Positions 9,613 to 18,119 of a stretch of 64,000 nt of DNA are shown piece after piece. Each line of letters begins with the position of its first letter. Within the stretch, counting starts at the first letter, position 1. The notes below the pieces were generated by a model. It ran no database searches. It saw only the letters and a program-made list of their open reading frames with translations, and was not told where the DNA came from. Source of the DNA: an uncultured Dehalococcoidia bacterium. GTDB taxonomy: Bacteria > Chloroflexota > Dehalococcoidia > Lucifugimonadales > UBA2985. The position numbers and the translations under genes were made by a program. The stretch spans positions 103 through 64,102 of the forward strand of contig CAZNIG010000009.1 of assembly GCA_964573055.1 (NCBI GenBank). Reading direction: 5' to 3'.

Positions 9613-10789
9613 CTACTCATATCGGAAGGATACGCCAAAAGTGAAATTGCATGCGGTTCGATGGATGGTTGCATTGTTGCTCGCTGCGATCATTTTCCCG
9701 GCATGTGGCATGGAAAACTTCAGGGCTACATCCGGTTGGTCTGGACCAATAATATCTGGCGACACCTTATACGTAGGTTCATTGGATGCCAAGCTATTGG
9801 CATTACATAAAGACACCGGACAACTTTTATGGCAGTTTCCTAATGGCGACGAGCCGGAACTTCAAGGAATATACGGGGCTCCTGCCATAAAAGACGACTC
9901 AGTATTCATCGGAGCATATGGATCATCTGACGGTAAGCTCAACGGGACGCTGTACTCCATAAATACCGCGACACAACGTCAGAACTGGAGATTTGAAACC
10001 GAAGGCACTATAGTAGGATCTCCTGTTGTTCACGAAGATACGGTAGTTATAGGATCATCTGACGGAAACCTTTATGCCATAGATGCCAAGAACGGTACCG
10101 AGAAATGGAGATTCACAACCGGCGATAGCATATGGTCCACCCCGGCCATACACGAAGATATCGTATATTTCGGATCCTTAGACCATACCGTATACGCGGT
10201 TTCCCTTTCTAATCAAAATAACAGATCGCAAGGTCAAGAAATCTGGAGATTCTTGACCGGCGGGGCGGTCGCATCCACACCTCTCGTAAGCAATGGCCAA
10301 ATATACATCGGATCATTCGATAGACACTTCTACGCTCTAAAGGCCAGTACTGGCCAACAAGCTTGGGTTAAGCCATTCGAAGCACAAAACTGGTTTTGGA
10401 CAAAAGCAGTAGCCTCACCCGACGAATCTACAATATTTGTAGGATCATTAGATGGCTACCTATATGCACTAAACTCTGCTACAGGGGCCCAGGTATGGCC
10501 AATTCCTTTCAACACAGAGAGTCCTATCATGTCGAGTCCCGCCGTTATCCCAGAGGGCATTGTAGTGGCCAATGACGAAGGGGAAATACATCTGATACGT
10601 GCTCAAGACGGACGAGAAATACGCTCATTCTCAGCCAAAGATCGTATTCGCGCCCCGATCGCAGCTTCTGAGTCAATGGTATACTTCAGTGCTATGAATC
10701 ATACTATACGAGCCGCAAGCCTTAAAGACGGCTTCTGGACCGAGATATGGTGCCGCGAAACCAAGGGAGCTACCCAACCATGTCAGTAA
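9593..10789 (+). CDS. PQQ-like (BamB-type) beta-propeller repeat lipoprotein
   Basis: Repeated blades of the form G..Y.GS.DG.LYA....G...W. The signal peptide carries a lipobox-like IFPAC|G. The start is uncertain: GTG 9593, GTG 9641 (GAAGGA SD 10 nt upstream) or ATG 9665. Confidence 0.75.
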   Translation: MQTLSRSYSYRKDTPKVKLHAVRWMVALLLAAIIFPACGMENFRATSGWSGPIISGDTLYVGSLDAKLLALHKDTGQLLWQFPNGDEPELQGIYGAPAIKDDSVFIGAYGSSDGKLNGTLYSINTATQRQNWRFETEGTIVGSPVVHEDTVVIGSSDGNLYAIDAKNGTEKWRFTTGDSIWSTPAIHEDIVYFGSLDHTVYAVSLSNQNNRSQGQEIWRFLTGGAVASTPLVSNGQIYIGSFDRHFYALKASTGQQAWVKPFEAQNWFWTKAVASPDESTIFVGSLDGYLYALNSATGAQVWPIPFNTESPIMSSPAVIPEGIVVANDEGEIHLIRAQDGREIRSFSAKDRIRAPIAASESMVYFSAMNHTIRAASLKDGFWTEIWCRETKGATQPCQ

Positions 10790-10889
10790 TCGCTACTCAT
10801 ACGATTACATGGTTTCCCAATATGAATAACACGTTCGAAAATGGCGCAAGATATCAGGTTAGATGCCTAAAATTTAGACGGCGAGGTGC

Positions 10890-11792
10890 ATGACCTTGGA
10901 GTTCCTGGGATTTATTTGGAACCAGGTAATACTGGGACCTATGATAAACAGCCTAATACTGCTGTACGCTGTCCTATTCTCCAATTTTGGAATCAGTATA
11001 CTTGTCTTCACTGTATTGATTAGAGTGGTGACATTGCCACTCACTCTCAGACAAATCAGGATGACAAAGAAAATGTCCACCGTCCAACCTCTAATTAAAG
11101 ATCTCCAACAAAAATACGCCAACGACAAGTCTCGCATCTCTCAAGAAACAATGCGTATATACAAGGAAAATGGCATCAACCCGCTTGGGTGCCTTGGGCC
11201 CATGTTTATTCAAATGCCCGTATGGATTGGATTATATCAGGCAATAATCCAAACCCTACCAGCCAATCCAGATTCTCTGGTAGGCCTATCGCAAAAGCTC
11301 TATCCATGGCTACCACTAGTTAATAAGGTTGTTCCATTAGATAGCAGTATGCTTTGGTTGGACCTAGCTCAACCAGATAGAACGCCTGTTTTACCAGTTC
11401 TCGTAGGAGTATCTATGTGGGCCGTCCAGAAGATGTCCATGATGCCATCTACTGACCCCAGACAACAGCAAACAGCCAACATGATGCTCTGGATGATGCC
11501 AATGATGCTCATGTTCTTCTCGTTTCAGCTACCCAGTGGATTATCCTTATACTGGGTTGCCTCAAACTTGATCCAGATGGGTATACAGTACTTTATTACA
11601 GGCTGGGGAAATCTGCTGCCCACTCCTAAGGCTGTTCAGGATCAAAAGGGCCCAGAAAACCAGTCAGTGAAGGAGATAGACCAAGATGAACACGAATCTC
11701 GAGGTAACCGGAAGAACGGTAGAGGAAGCTATAGAAATCGCCCTAGGCCAGCTCGGCGTAGAGAAAGACCAGGTAGAAATAGACGTACTTAG
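10890..11792 (+). CDS. yidC: Membrane protein insertase YidC (short, Gram-positive/Oxa1-like type) with a strongly basic C-terminal tail
   Basis: Conserved core (PLGCLGPMFIQMPVWIGLY, LPSGLSLYWVASNLIQ), and synteny with rnpA/yidD/jag. Confidence 0.9.
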   Translation: MTLEFLGFIWNQVILGPMINSLILLYAVLFSNFGISILVFTVLIRVVTLPLTLRQIRMTKKMSTVQPLIKDLQQKYANDKSRISQETMRIYKENGINPLGCLGPMFIQMPVWIGLYQAIIQTLPANPDSLVGLSQKLYPWLPLVNKVVPLDSSMLWLDLAQPDRTPVLPVLVGVSMWAVQKMSMMPSTDPRQQQTANMMLWMMPMMLMFFSFQLPSGLSLYWVASNLIQMGIQYFITGWGNLLPTPKAVQDQKGPENQSVKEIDQDEHESRGNRKNGRGSYRNRPRPARRRERPGRNRRT

Positions 11793-12321
11793 CCAGGGTA
11801 AAGGCGGTATTCTTGGCTTTGGAGCAGAGCCAGCAAGGATAAAGGTAACCCTATCCGCGCTGCCACAAGATCTGGAAAAAGCAGCCAAGATAGCACTAGA
11901 CAATTTGCTACGCTCCATGGGTGTTTCTGCATTAGCTACAGTAAGATCGTCATCAAGCTCGGAGGGTATCGTGGAGATGGATATCGAAGGAGAGGATTCT
12001 GGCCTGCTAATTGGAAGGCGAGGAGAAACTCTTAGGGCCTTGCAATTCATGGTAAACCTCATCATCGGTAGAAGAGATCAAGGGCGCGTAATCTTGGACG
12101 TAGAAGGGTATAGGGAAAGACGATACGCCTCCCTTAGAGCTCTCGCAGGGCGTGTGGCAGATCGTGTAGCATCCACCAAACAATCGATCACTCTTGAGCC
12201 TATGTCTGCAAACGAACGTAGAGCGATTCACATGGCCCTGGAGGGCAATACTAGGGTAACAACAGAAAGCGCTGGCCTAGGAGAGAGCCGGAAGGTAACC
12301 ATATTCCCTAGCCAAAGCTAA
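11686..12321 (+). CDS. jag: Jag/KhpB RNA-binding protein (Jag_N, KH and R3H domains)
   Basis: The N-terminus LEVTGRTVEEAIEIALGQLGV matches Jag_N, and the C-terminal region (ERRAIHMAL) is R3H-like. A GAAGGAG SD lies 8 nt upstream. Confidence 0.85.
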   Translation: MNTNLEVTGRTVEEAIEIALGQLGVEKDQVEIDVLSQGKGGILGFGAEPARIKVTLSALPQDLEKAAKIALDNLLRSMGVSALATVRSSSSSEGIVEMDIEGEDSGLLIGRRGETLRALQFMVNLIIGRRDQGRVILDVEGYRERRYASLRALAGRVADRVASTKQSITLEPMSANERRAIHMALEGNTRVTTESAGLGESRKVTIFPSQS

Positions 12322-12376
12322 GGCACTAAATCCATAGAGGTTCACAGGCCCCTATTATAAGTTCTATGCTTCTACC

Positions 12377-14644
12377 CTAATCGTCTGATTTCTCCCAGAT
12401 AGCCTCGAGTACACGCCCGGGGTTCATCGGGAGTTCCCTAATACGTACACCTATGGCTCGGTAGACTGCATTTGCCATGGCTGCAAGTGGTGGCACGATA
12501 GGTACTTCCCCAACCCCTCTTGCTCCATAAGGATGTCCTGGGTTAGCGACCTCAACTAAAATAGTATCTATCATAGGCAAATCCAGCGAAGTTGGCATAC
12601 GATAGTCCAGGAAAGACGCATTTGCCAAAGTGCCTTTGTCATTGTAGAAATACTCTTCATTTAAAGCCCACCCCACGCCCTGAGCAACCGCACCCTGAAT
12701 TTGTCCTTCTACATAACTGGGGTGTATTGCCTTCCCTACATCCTGTATGGCTGTGTATCGAAGAACATCAACCTTACCAGTCTCTACATCCACCTCCACA
12801 TCAACAATATGGTGAGCGAAAGCGGCTCCAACACCCCTGGGAGAAACGGTACCATTTCCAACAAGAGGACCACCGGTTTCCATCAAACGTCCAGCCAATT
12901 CCTTAAAGGTGATTTGTTGTTCTGGATTGTCTTTGCGAGTAAACGTTCCAGATTCAAATTCAACCTCATCTATGGAAGTTTCCCAAAGCTTAGCCACTCT
13001 GTCCTTCATTTGACCGACAACGTCTTGAGCAGCTTCGTATGCGGCCCAACCACTAGCAAAAGCTGTCCGACTACCGCCAGTTACAGCCGTATAACCAACA
13101 GAGCCTGTATCAGCCACTACCGGGTGAACTTGCTCTGCTGAGAGGCCTAGTACTTCTGCGGCCTGCATAGCTATCGCGGCTCTGGTACCACCAATATCAA
13201 CTGACCCTTCAACCAAATTAACAGTACCATCCGGATTGACAGCTATATTGCAACTAGATTGCATCCCTCCATTGAACCAGAATCCCGAGGATACACCCCT
13301 GCCTCTGTGCTTACCAGTTAGAGGTGTTTTGTAATGTGGGCTAGTCACAGCCGCGTCAATTACTTCTAGGTTGCCTGTTTTACCGAAAGGATTTCCGGTA
13401 ACTTGCCTATCCCCTTCTTTAGAGGCATTCATTCGTTTGAACTCAAGTGGATCTATGCCTAATTGCTCACATATTTCATCCACCACAACCTCCACGGCAA
13501 ATGTGGCCTGAGGAGCTCCTGGTGCTCTGTAAGCAGACGTCTTAGGCTTATTCACTACCACATCGTACGCATCCACCAAGGCATTCTCAATGTTATACGT
13601 TGCAAACATACACATTGCGCCTGCGGTAACCGGGGATCCAGGATACCCTCCAGCTTCGAAAGCAAGGTATGCCTGTGCGGCTACTAGTTGACCATCGTTC
13701 TTGGCTCCCATCTTTACCCACGTGTAGGTACCTGACCCGGGACCAGTCGACTCCAGAACCTCTGCCCTGCTCATAGCCATCTTAACCGGACGCCCCGCCT
13801 TTTTCGACAAGATCGCAGCAACTGGTTCCATATATATAGGTATCTTCCCACCAAACCCCCCACCAATCTCCATAGGTACCACCTTCACCTGAGAGATTGG
13901 TACCCCGATGATAGCAGCTGTGTTCTGTCTGACTCCAAAGTGACCCTGTGTGCTTGCCCAGATGGTAACATCACCATCCGCGCCCCACATAGCTGCAGCG
14001 CTTTGAGGTTCAATATAACCCTGATGAACGGTTTTAGAGGTAAATTCCCGTTCAATTATCACGTCAGACCCTTCGAATCCTTGTTCCACATCTCCTATAT
14101 TGAACCTAGTATGTGTGGCTACGTTGCTAACCTTACCGGTATCTTCTCCCAAGGATTTAGTAGTCAAAGAGTCATGTAGAATAGGGGACCCTTCTTTCAT
14201 GGCATCCCTTGCATCCATTACATGCGGCAATACCTGGTATTCAACCTCTATCAGCGCTATCGCTTCTTCGGCAACATGAGGATTATCTGCTGCTACTGCT
14301 GCGATTGCATGGCCCTTATACAGAGCCTTGTCTCTGGCGAGTATATTGGAGGAGATGAATTTCATATTCACCATCGGCCCCTCGCCAAGTGATACAGGCT
14401 GGTCAGGCGGCTCAGGTAAATCCTTGCTAGTGACAACAGCTCTGACCCCAGGATAGCTCGCTGCTTTCTCAGTGTTAATCGACTTTATAACCGCATGAGC
14501 ATGTGGGCTACGTAACACCTTCGCGTGCAAGACACCCGTCGATTGATAGTCAGCTCCATACTTGGCCTGTCCTGTAACTTTTTCAACACCGTCGTGCCGT
14601 ATCGGCCGTGTGCCAACCACCTTTAATCCAGTATTTGTAGCCAT
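12377..14644 (-). CDS. Xanthine dehydrogenase / aldehyde oxidase family molybdopterin-binding subunit
   Basis: 755 aa, with the GGGFGGK motif and typical N-terminal a/b hammerhead region. A GGAGG SD lies upstream. Confidence 0.85.
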   Translation of the reverse strand: MATNTGLKVVGTRPIRHDGVEKVTGQAKYGADYQSTGVLHAKVLRSPHAHAVIKSINTEKAASYPGVRAVVTSKDLPEPPDQPVSLGEGPMVNMKFISSNILARDKALYKGHAIAAVAADNPHVAEEAIALIEVEYQVLPHVMDARDAMKEGSPILHDSLTTKSLGEDTGKVSNVATHTRFNIGDVEQGFEGSDVIIEREFTSKTVHQGYIEPQSAAAMWGADGDVTIWASTQGHFGVRQNTAAIIGVPISQVKVVPMEIGGGFGGKIPIYMEPVAAILSKKAGRPVKMAMSRAEVLESTGPGSGTYTWVKMGAKNDGQLVAAQAYLAFEAGGYPGSPVTAGAMCMFATYNIENALVDAYDVVVNKPKTSAYRAPGAPQATFAVEVVVDEICEQLGIDPLEFKRMNASKEGDRQVTGNPFGKTGNLEVIDAAVTSPHYKTPLTGKHRGRGVSSGFWFNGGMQSSCNIAVNPDGTVNLVEGSVDIGGTRAAIAMQAAEVLGLSAEQVHPVVADTGSVGYTAVTGGSRTAFASGWAAYEAAQDVVGQMKDRVAKLWETSIDEVEFESGTFTRKDNPEQQITFKELAGRLMETGGPLVGNGTVSPRGVGAAFAHHIVDVEVDVETGKVDVLRYTAIQDVGKAIHPSYVEGQIQGAVAQGVGWALNEEYFYNDKGTLANASFLDYRMPTSLDLPMIDTILVEVANPGHPYGARGVGEVPIVPPLAAMANAVYRAIGVRIRELPMNPGRVLEAIWEKSDD

Positions 14645-14856
14645 GTTTCACTTTCCTCCTGTAGAATCTCTGCAGACCTATATAGATTACAAACTTATTT
14701 ACCTGTAAGAATCCCTAAGGAGTTTATTCCACTCTTCATGCAAGCTGATTTTAACATACTTAGTCGACAAATTTAGTAGGGATTTGAACTAAAGACCGTC
14801 CTATATTCGCTGGCATTAGTTTATGGTTGAAATATGCACGGTACAATTACAAAACC

Positions 14857-15690
14857 CTATAGCAGATTCCCCAGCGTTTTAGGTTCTCGTCGTTCAACTT
14901 CCTCCTGCTGGTCCAAAGAGAATGTCGCCATACCACCGTTCTCTATTGCAACCATCATCTCAGCTATTTCTATCCCCTGACCTTCTTCTCCGACTATCTG
15001 AGTAGTTGCCGCCGGCACATCGGTGAACAGGAACCTGAATTCTCGGCCACCCACCAAGAGGTTCTCTGCCTCTACTACCAGCCCAGAAGCTTTAGCATCA
15101 ACTACGACCACAGTGAACCTGTGGGCAGGAGGCGCATCAGGATCAGTAACAGCAAGCGTGAGTACAAGGTCTGGCGGCAACAAGCTTGTTATCTGATCCT
15201 TTCGCCCATTAATAAGAAATTCATCCCCATCCCTAACTGCCGAAGTTTCATTCGCACTAAGATCCGACCCATGCCCTAACTCATTGAAAGCATGAACCAT
15301 CGTGAGCTCGCCCCGTAACAACGAAGCTAACAGTGTTGTCTTTTGCTCCTCAGTGCCATATGCACGTATCGCTGCGGCATGCATCAGAGATACACCTAGG
15401 GTTGGTAGCGAGCGGCGTCTTAATTCTTCTTCGATGATCCTGGCGTGATTCCTAGTCAATCCTCCACCCCCATACTCAACAGGCCAATCTGGGGCAATCC
15501 ATCCCTTAGCGCCAAGCTTCTTCTTGAACTGAACAGCCCATTCCTTCAGGGCTGGCGACAGAGGCTCGCCTCTCCCTGGCATCCTTATATCATCTGGGAT
15601 AACAGCGTTGTCATCCATCCAGTCTTCAACAACCAAACGAAACTCACCGATACGAGTGTACTGCCGGGGATCTTCTGGTGGAGTAGTCAT
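14857..15690 (-). CDS. Acyl-CoA dehydrogenase-like protein, N-terminal plus middle domains only (truncated relative to canonical ACADs)
   Basis: WPVEYGGGGL, AAAIRAYGTEEQK and HGSDLSANETSAVRDGDEFLINGRK are ACAD N-terminal and middle-domain motifs. The ORF stops at 277 aa, before the C-terminal helical domain. A strong GGAGG SD is present. Confidence 0.6.
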   Translation of the reverse strand: MTTPPEDPRQYTRIGEFRLVVEDWMDDNAVIPDDIRMPGRGEPLSPALKEWAVQFKKKLGAKGWIAPDWPVEYGGGGLTRNHARIIEEELRRRSLPTLGVSLMHAAAIRAYGTEEQKTTLLASLLRGELTMVHAFNELGHGSDLSANETSAVRDGDEFLINGRKDQITSLLPPDLVLTLAVTDPDAPPAHRFTVVVVDAKASGLVVEAENLLVGGREFRFLFTDVPAATTQIVGEEGQGIEIAEMMVAIENGGMATFSLDQQEEVERREPKTLGNLL

Positions 15691-16130
15691 TTTCCTTTGC
15701 CTCCAGCCTGGGGGATAGACTTCGTGGTACCTTCGCTGGGTAGGTCCGCTGCACCTTTAAATATGACGTTAGTCAGGTCTTTCTGGATACAGTGTTCGGC
15801 CTCAGCACATTATGTATTTTCTCAGCTGCAGGATAGCATCCGCGCACATTACGGTCAACCTTATCAAATGTTCATCCCGCTCACATTCAGTGCCTGAGAC
15901 TAAAGATGGCAATTAGCTACAACCTTTTCCGCGTCTGTTACGGAACACATCAATAAAACATATAAGCCAGGCCAATTGCTTGTGTAATTATTTTATAGGA
16001 CATGTAACTCGCCAGAGGAGATTTATGTTAATCTAGTGCAATGCTACTATCGCATTGATGACCCTTAGGCTACGACTAATATCCATACTCTAAGAGATAT
16101 ACTAAAAGCATAGGCTTCTTTCAATTTCTA

Positions 16131-16850
16131 ATGACACAAAATCAAATAGAAGGATTACGATTACCACTAATCGAAAACGAGGAAGTCATTCTGAGTTTCG
16201 GTGAGCGCGGCGGACTTAAGGATGGAGTAGCAGGAGAAAGCAATAAAATAGTCCTCACAAGCCACCGTGTAATACACGCATCAAAAAAAGGAAGAACCTC
16301 CTCAATGAGCGTTCTGGCTTTAGACGACATCAAACTGGCAGAAATAAATCACATTTCCAGGGGTATAATGCCATTCCTAAGAATTGCCATACTCTTTGCG
16401 GGAGCATGGGCAGCTCTGGCCACATTAACACATCCCATAGTCTCAATCGCTCTCGCAGCAGCAATGACTATCACCGGTGCCTATCAACTTTTAGCTCATA
16501 TCTCCTTGTCCAAGCAGGGTTCGATTACCCTACGTGCAGGACAAGATATAGTAGTGTTGCTCTACAGTGGAAACAAAACAAGCCAAGCCCATTCATTTGT
16601 AAAACGGTTTTTCGAGGCTAAGGCCTCATACAGCAATCAGCTATCACCATTGACGAAACCTGCAGCAACTCAACCTGAGGTGCCTGAAAGCGAATTGACA
16701 ACCTCCTCATATCATGGACCCACCGATGTAGAAAAGCTAACCCCCCGAAATGAACCTATCCATTTAGATTCATCAGCAGCGCTACCTCAACCTGGGATCA
16801 GTGGAGCGACTGAGGTATCCAGTGAATCTGAATCAAATAAATCGGAATAA
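16131..16850 (+). CDS. Hypothetical membrane protein with an N-terminal bacterial PH-like region, two TM helices and a low-complexity Ser/Pro/Glu-rich tail
   Basis: The only long ORF in the interval. Hydrophobic segments are FLRIAILFAGAWAALATL and IVSIALAAAMTITGAYQLL. I recognise no family signature. Confidence 0.4.
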   Translation: MTQNQIEGLRLPLIENEEVILSFGERGGLKDGVAGESNKIVLTSHRVIHASKKGRTSSMSVLALDDIKLAEINHISRGIMPFLRIAILFAGAWAALATLTHPIVSIALAAAMTITGAYQLLAHISLSKQGSITLRAGQDIVVLLYSGNKTSQAHSFVKRFFEAKASYSNQLSPLTKPAATQPEVPESELTTSSYHGPTDVEKLTPRNEPIHLDSSAALPQPGISGATEVSSESESNKSE

Positions 16851-16923
16851 CATGGAAACGAATCACTGCGGAGAAAGAACATTCGAATCAGTCTAGGGCT
16901 GAACTCCAACTAAGTAGGAAAGC

Positions 16924-17946
16924 TCAACCGAGTTGCAAACCCGGATAAACATCCAGTTCCCACGATGAGGGTCCACTAACAGCAGTTTGAAAGTGAGCAC
17001 ATCCTGCTATCATAGCGCCGTTATCTGTGCAGAGAATAGGGGATGGTATAAATAACGGCAATGTTGATCTTTCTTTAAACATTGCCCTTAATTGGCTGTT
17101 CGCTGCTACCCCTCCACCCAGCATAATCCCACGCGCCCCAAATTTCTTAGCAGCGCTGATTGTCTTAACAGTCATAACATCAGCAACAGACAGTTGAAAA
17201 GCGGCAGCTAGTTCAGTCACAATCTTTACATCTGGACTAATACCTTCTTCTTGCGGGTATATACCCAAATCCATAGCCTTATGCAAGATAGCTGTCTTCA
17301 ACCCACTAAAACTGAAATCATGTGTACCCCTGAGCCAAGCTCTAGGCAAAACCTCTTGATATTCAGCTCCTTCTGACGCTCGCTGCACTGCAGGACCACC
17401 CGGAAATCCAAGGCCCAGAACTCTTGCTGCTTTATCGAAAGCCTCTCCAGCAGCATCATCTCTAGTCCTGCCTAGCAGCACATACTCTCCATGCCCTTCC
17501 ATCATAACCAAATCTGTATGACCACCTGAAGCAATAAGGCAAAGCAGTGGAAAGCCTACCTCGGCTTCAGGATCTCTACCTTCAAGCCAGTTAGCGTAAA
17601 TATGGCCTTCAAGGTGATTAATGCCAATCAGTGGCTTGTCTTTTGCAAATGCCAGAGCCTTAGATACATTTACTCCAACAAGTAACGCTCCAGCAAGACC
17701 TGGGCCGTTCGTGACTGCTACTGTGTCAATTTCCTCCCACGTCAATTGGCCTTGTATCAACACTGAATCGATGGTCGGTATCATTTCCAACATATGTTGG
17801 CGAGAAGCTAGCTCAGGTACTATGCCTCCGTACCGAGCGTGCATTTCCACCTGAGACGCGATTACGTTTGAAATAACACGACGGCCATCTTCAACTACAG
17901 CGACGGCAGTTTCGTCGCAAGAGGTTTCCACACCAAGTATCTTCAT
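16924..17946 (-). CDS. tsaD: tRNA N6-adenosine threonylcarbamoyltransferase
   Basis: MKILGVETSCDETAV N-terminus and the INHLEGHIYAN metal-binding motif. The start is moved to the internal ATG that gives the canonical N-terminus. Confidence 0.9.
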   Translation of the reverse strand: MKILGVETSCDETAVAVVEDGRRVISNVIASQVEMHARYGGIVPELASRQHMLEMIPTIDSVLIQGQLTWEEIDTVAVTNGPGLAGALLVGVNVSKALAFAKDKPLIGINHLEGHIYANWLEGRDPEAEVGFPLLCLIASGGHTDLVMMEGHGEYVLLGRTRDDAAGEAFDKAARVLGLGFPGGPAVQRASEGAEYQEVLPRAWLRGTHDFSFSGLKTAILHKAMDLGIYPQEEGISPDVKIVTELAAAFQLSVADVMTVKTISAAKKFGARGIMLGGGVAANSQLRAMFKERSTLPLFIPSPILCTDNGAMIAGCAHFQTAVSGPSSWELDVYPGLQLG

Positions 17947-18119
17947 GAGAATCGAATAATAGTGTACGCGCCATAAGGCGGTCAACTATAGAGTATTCGC
18001 ACATCCATATAATCCGTTACAACCTATACGGTCCTACTTGAAGACCCCTACCAAGTTGACCAAGACAAACTGGTGGCCTTGAATCCAATTAGGATAGTAG
18101 AAAATCTGGTATGTGGGAC

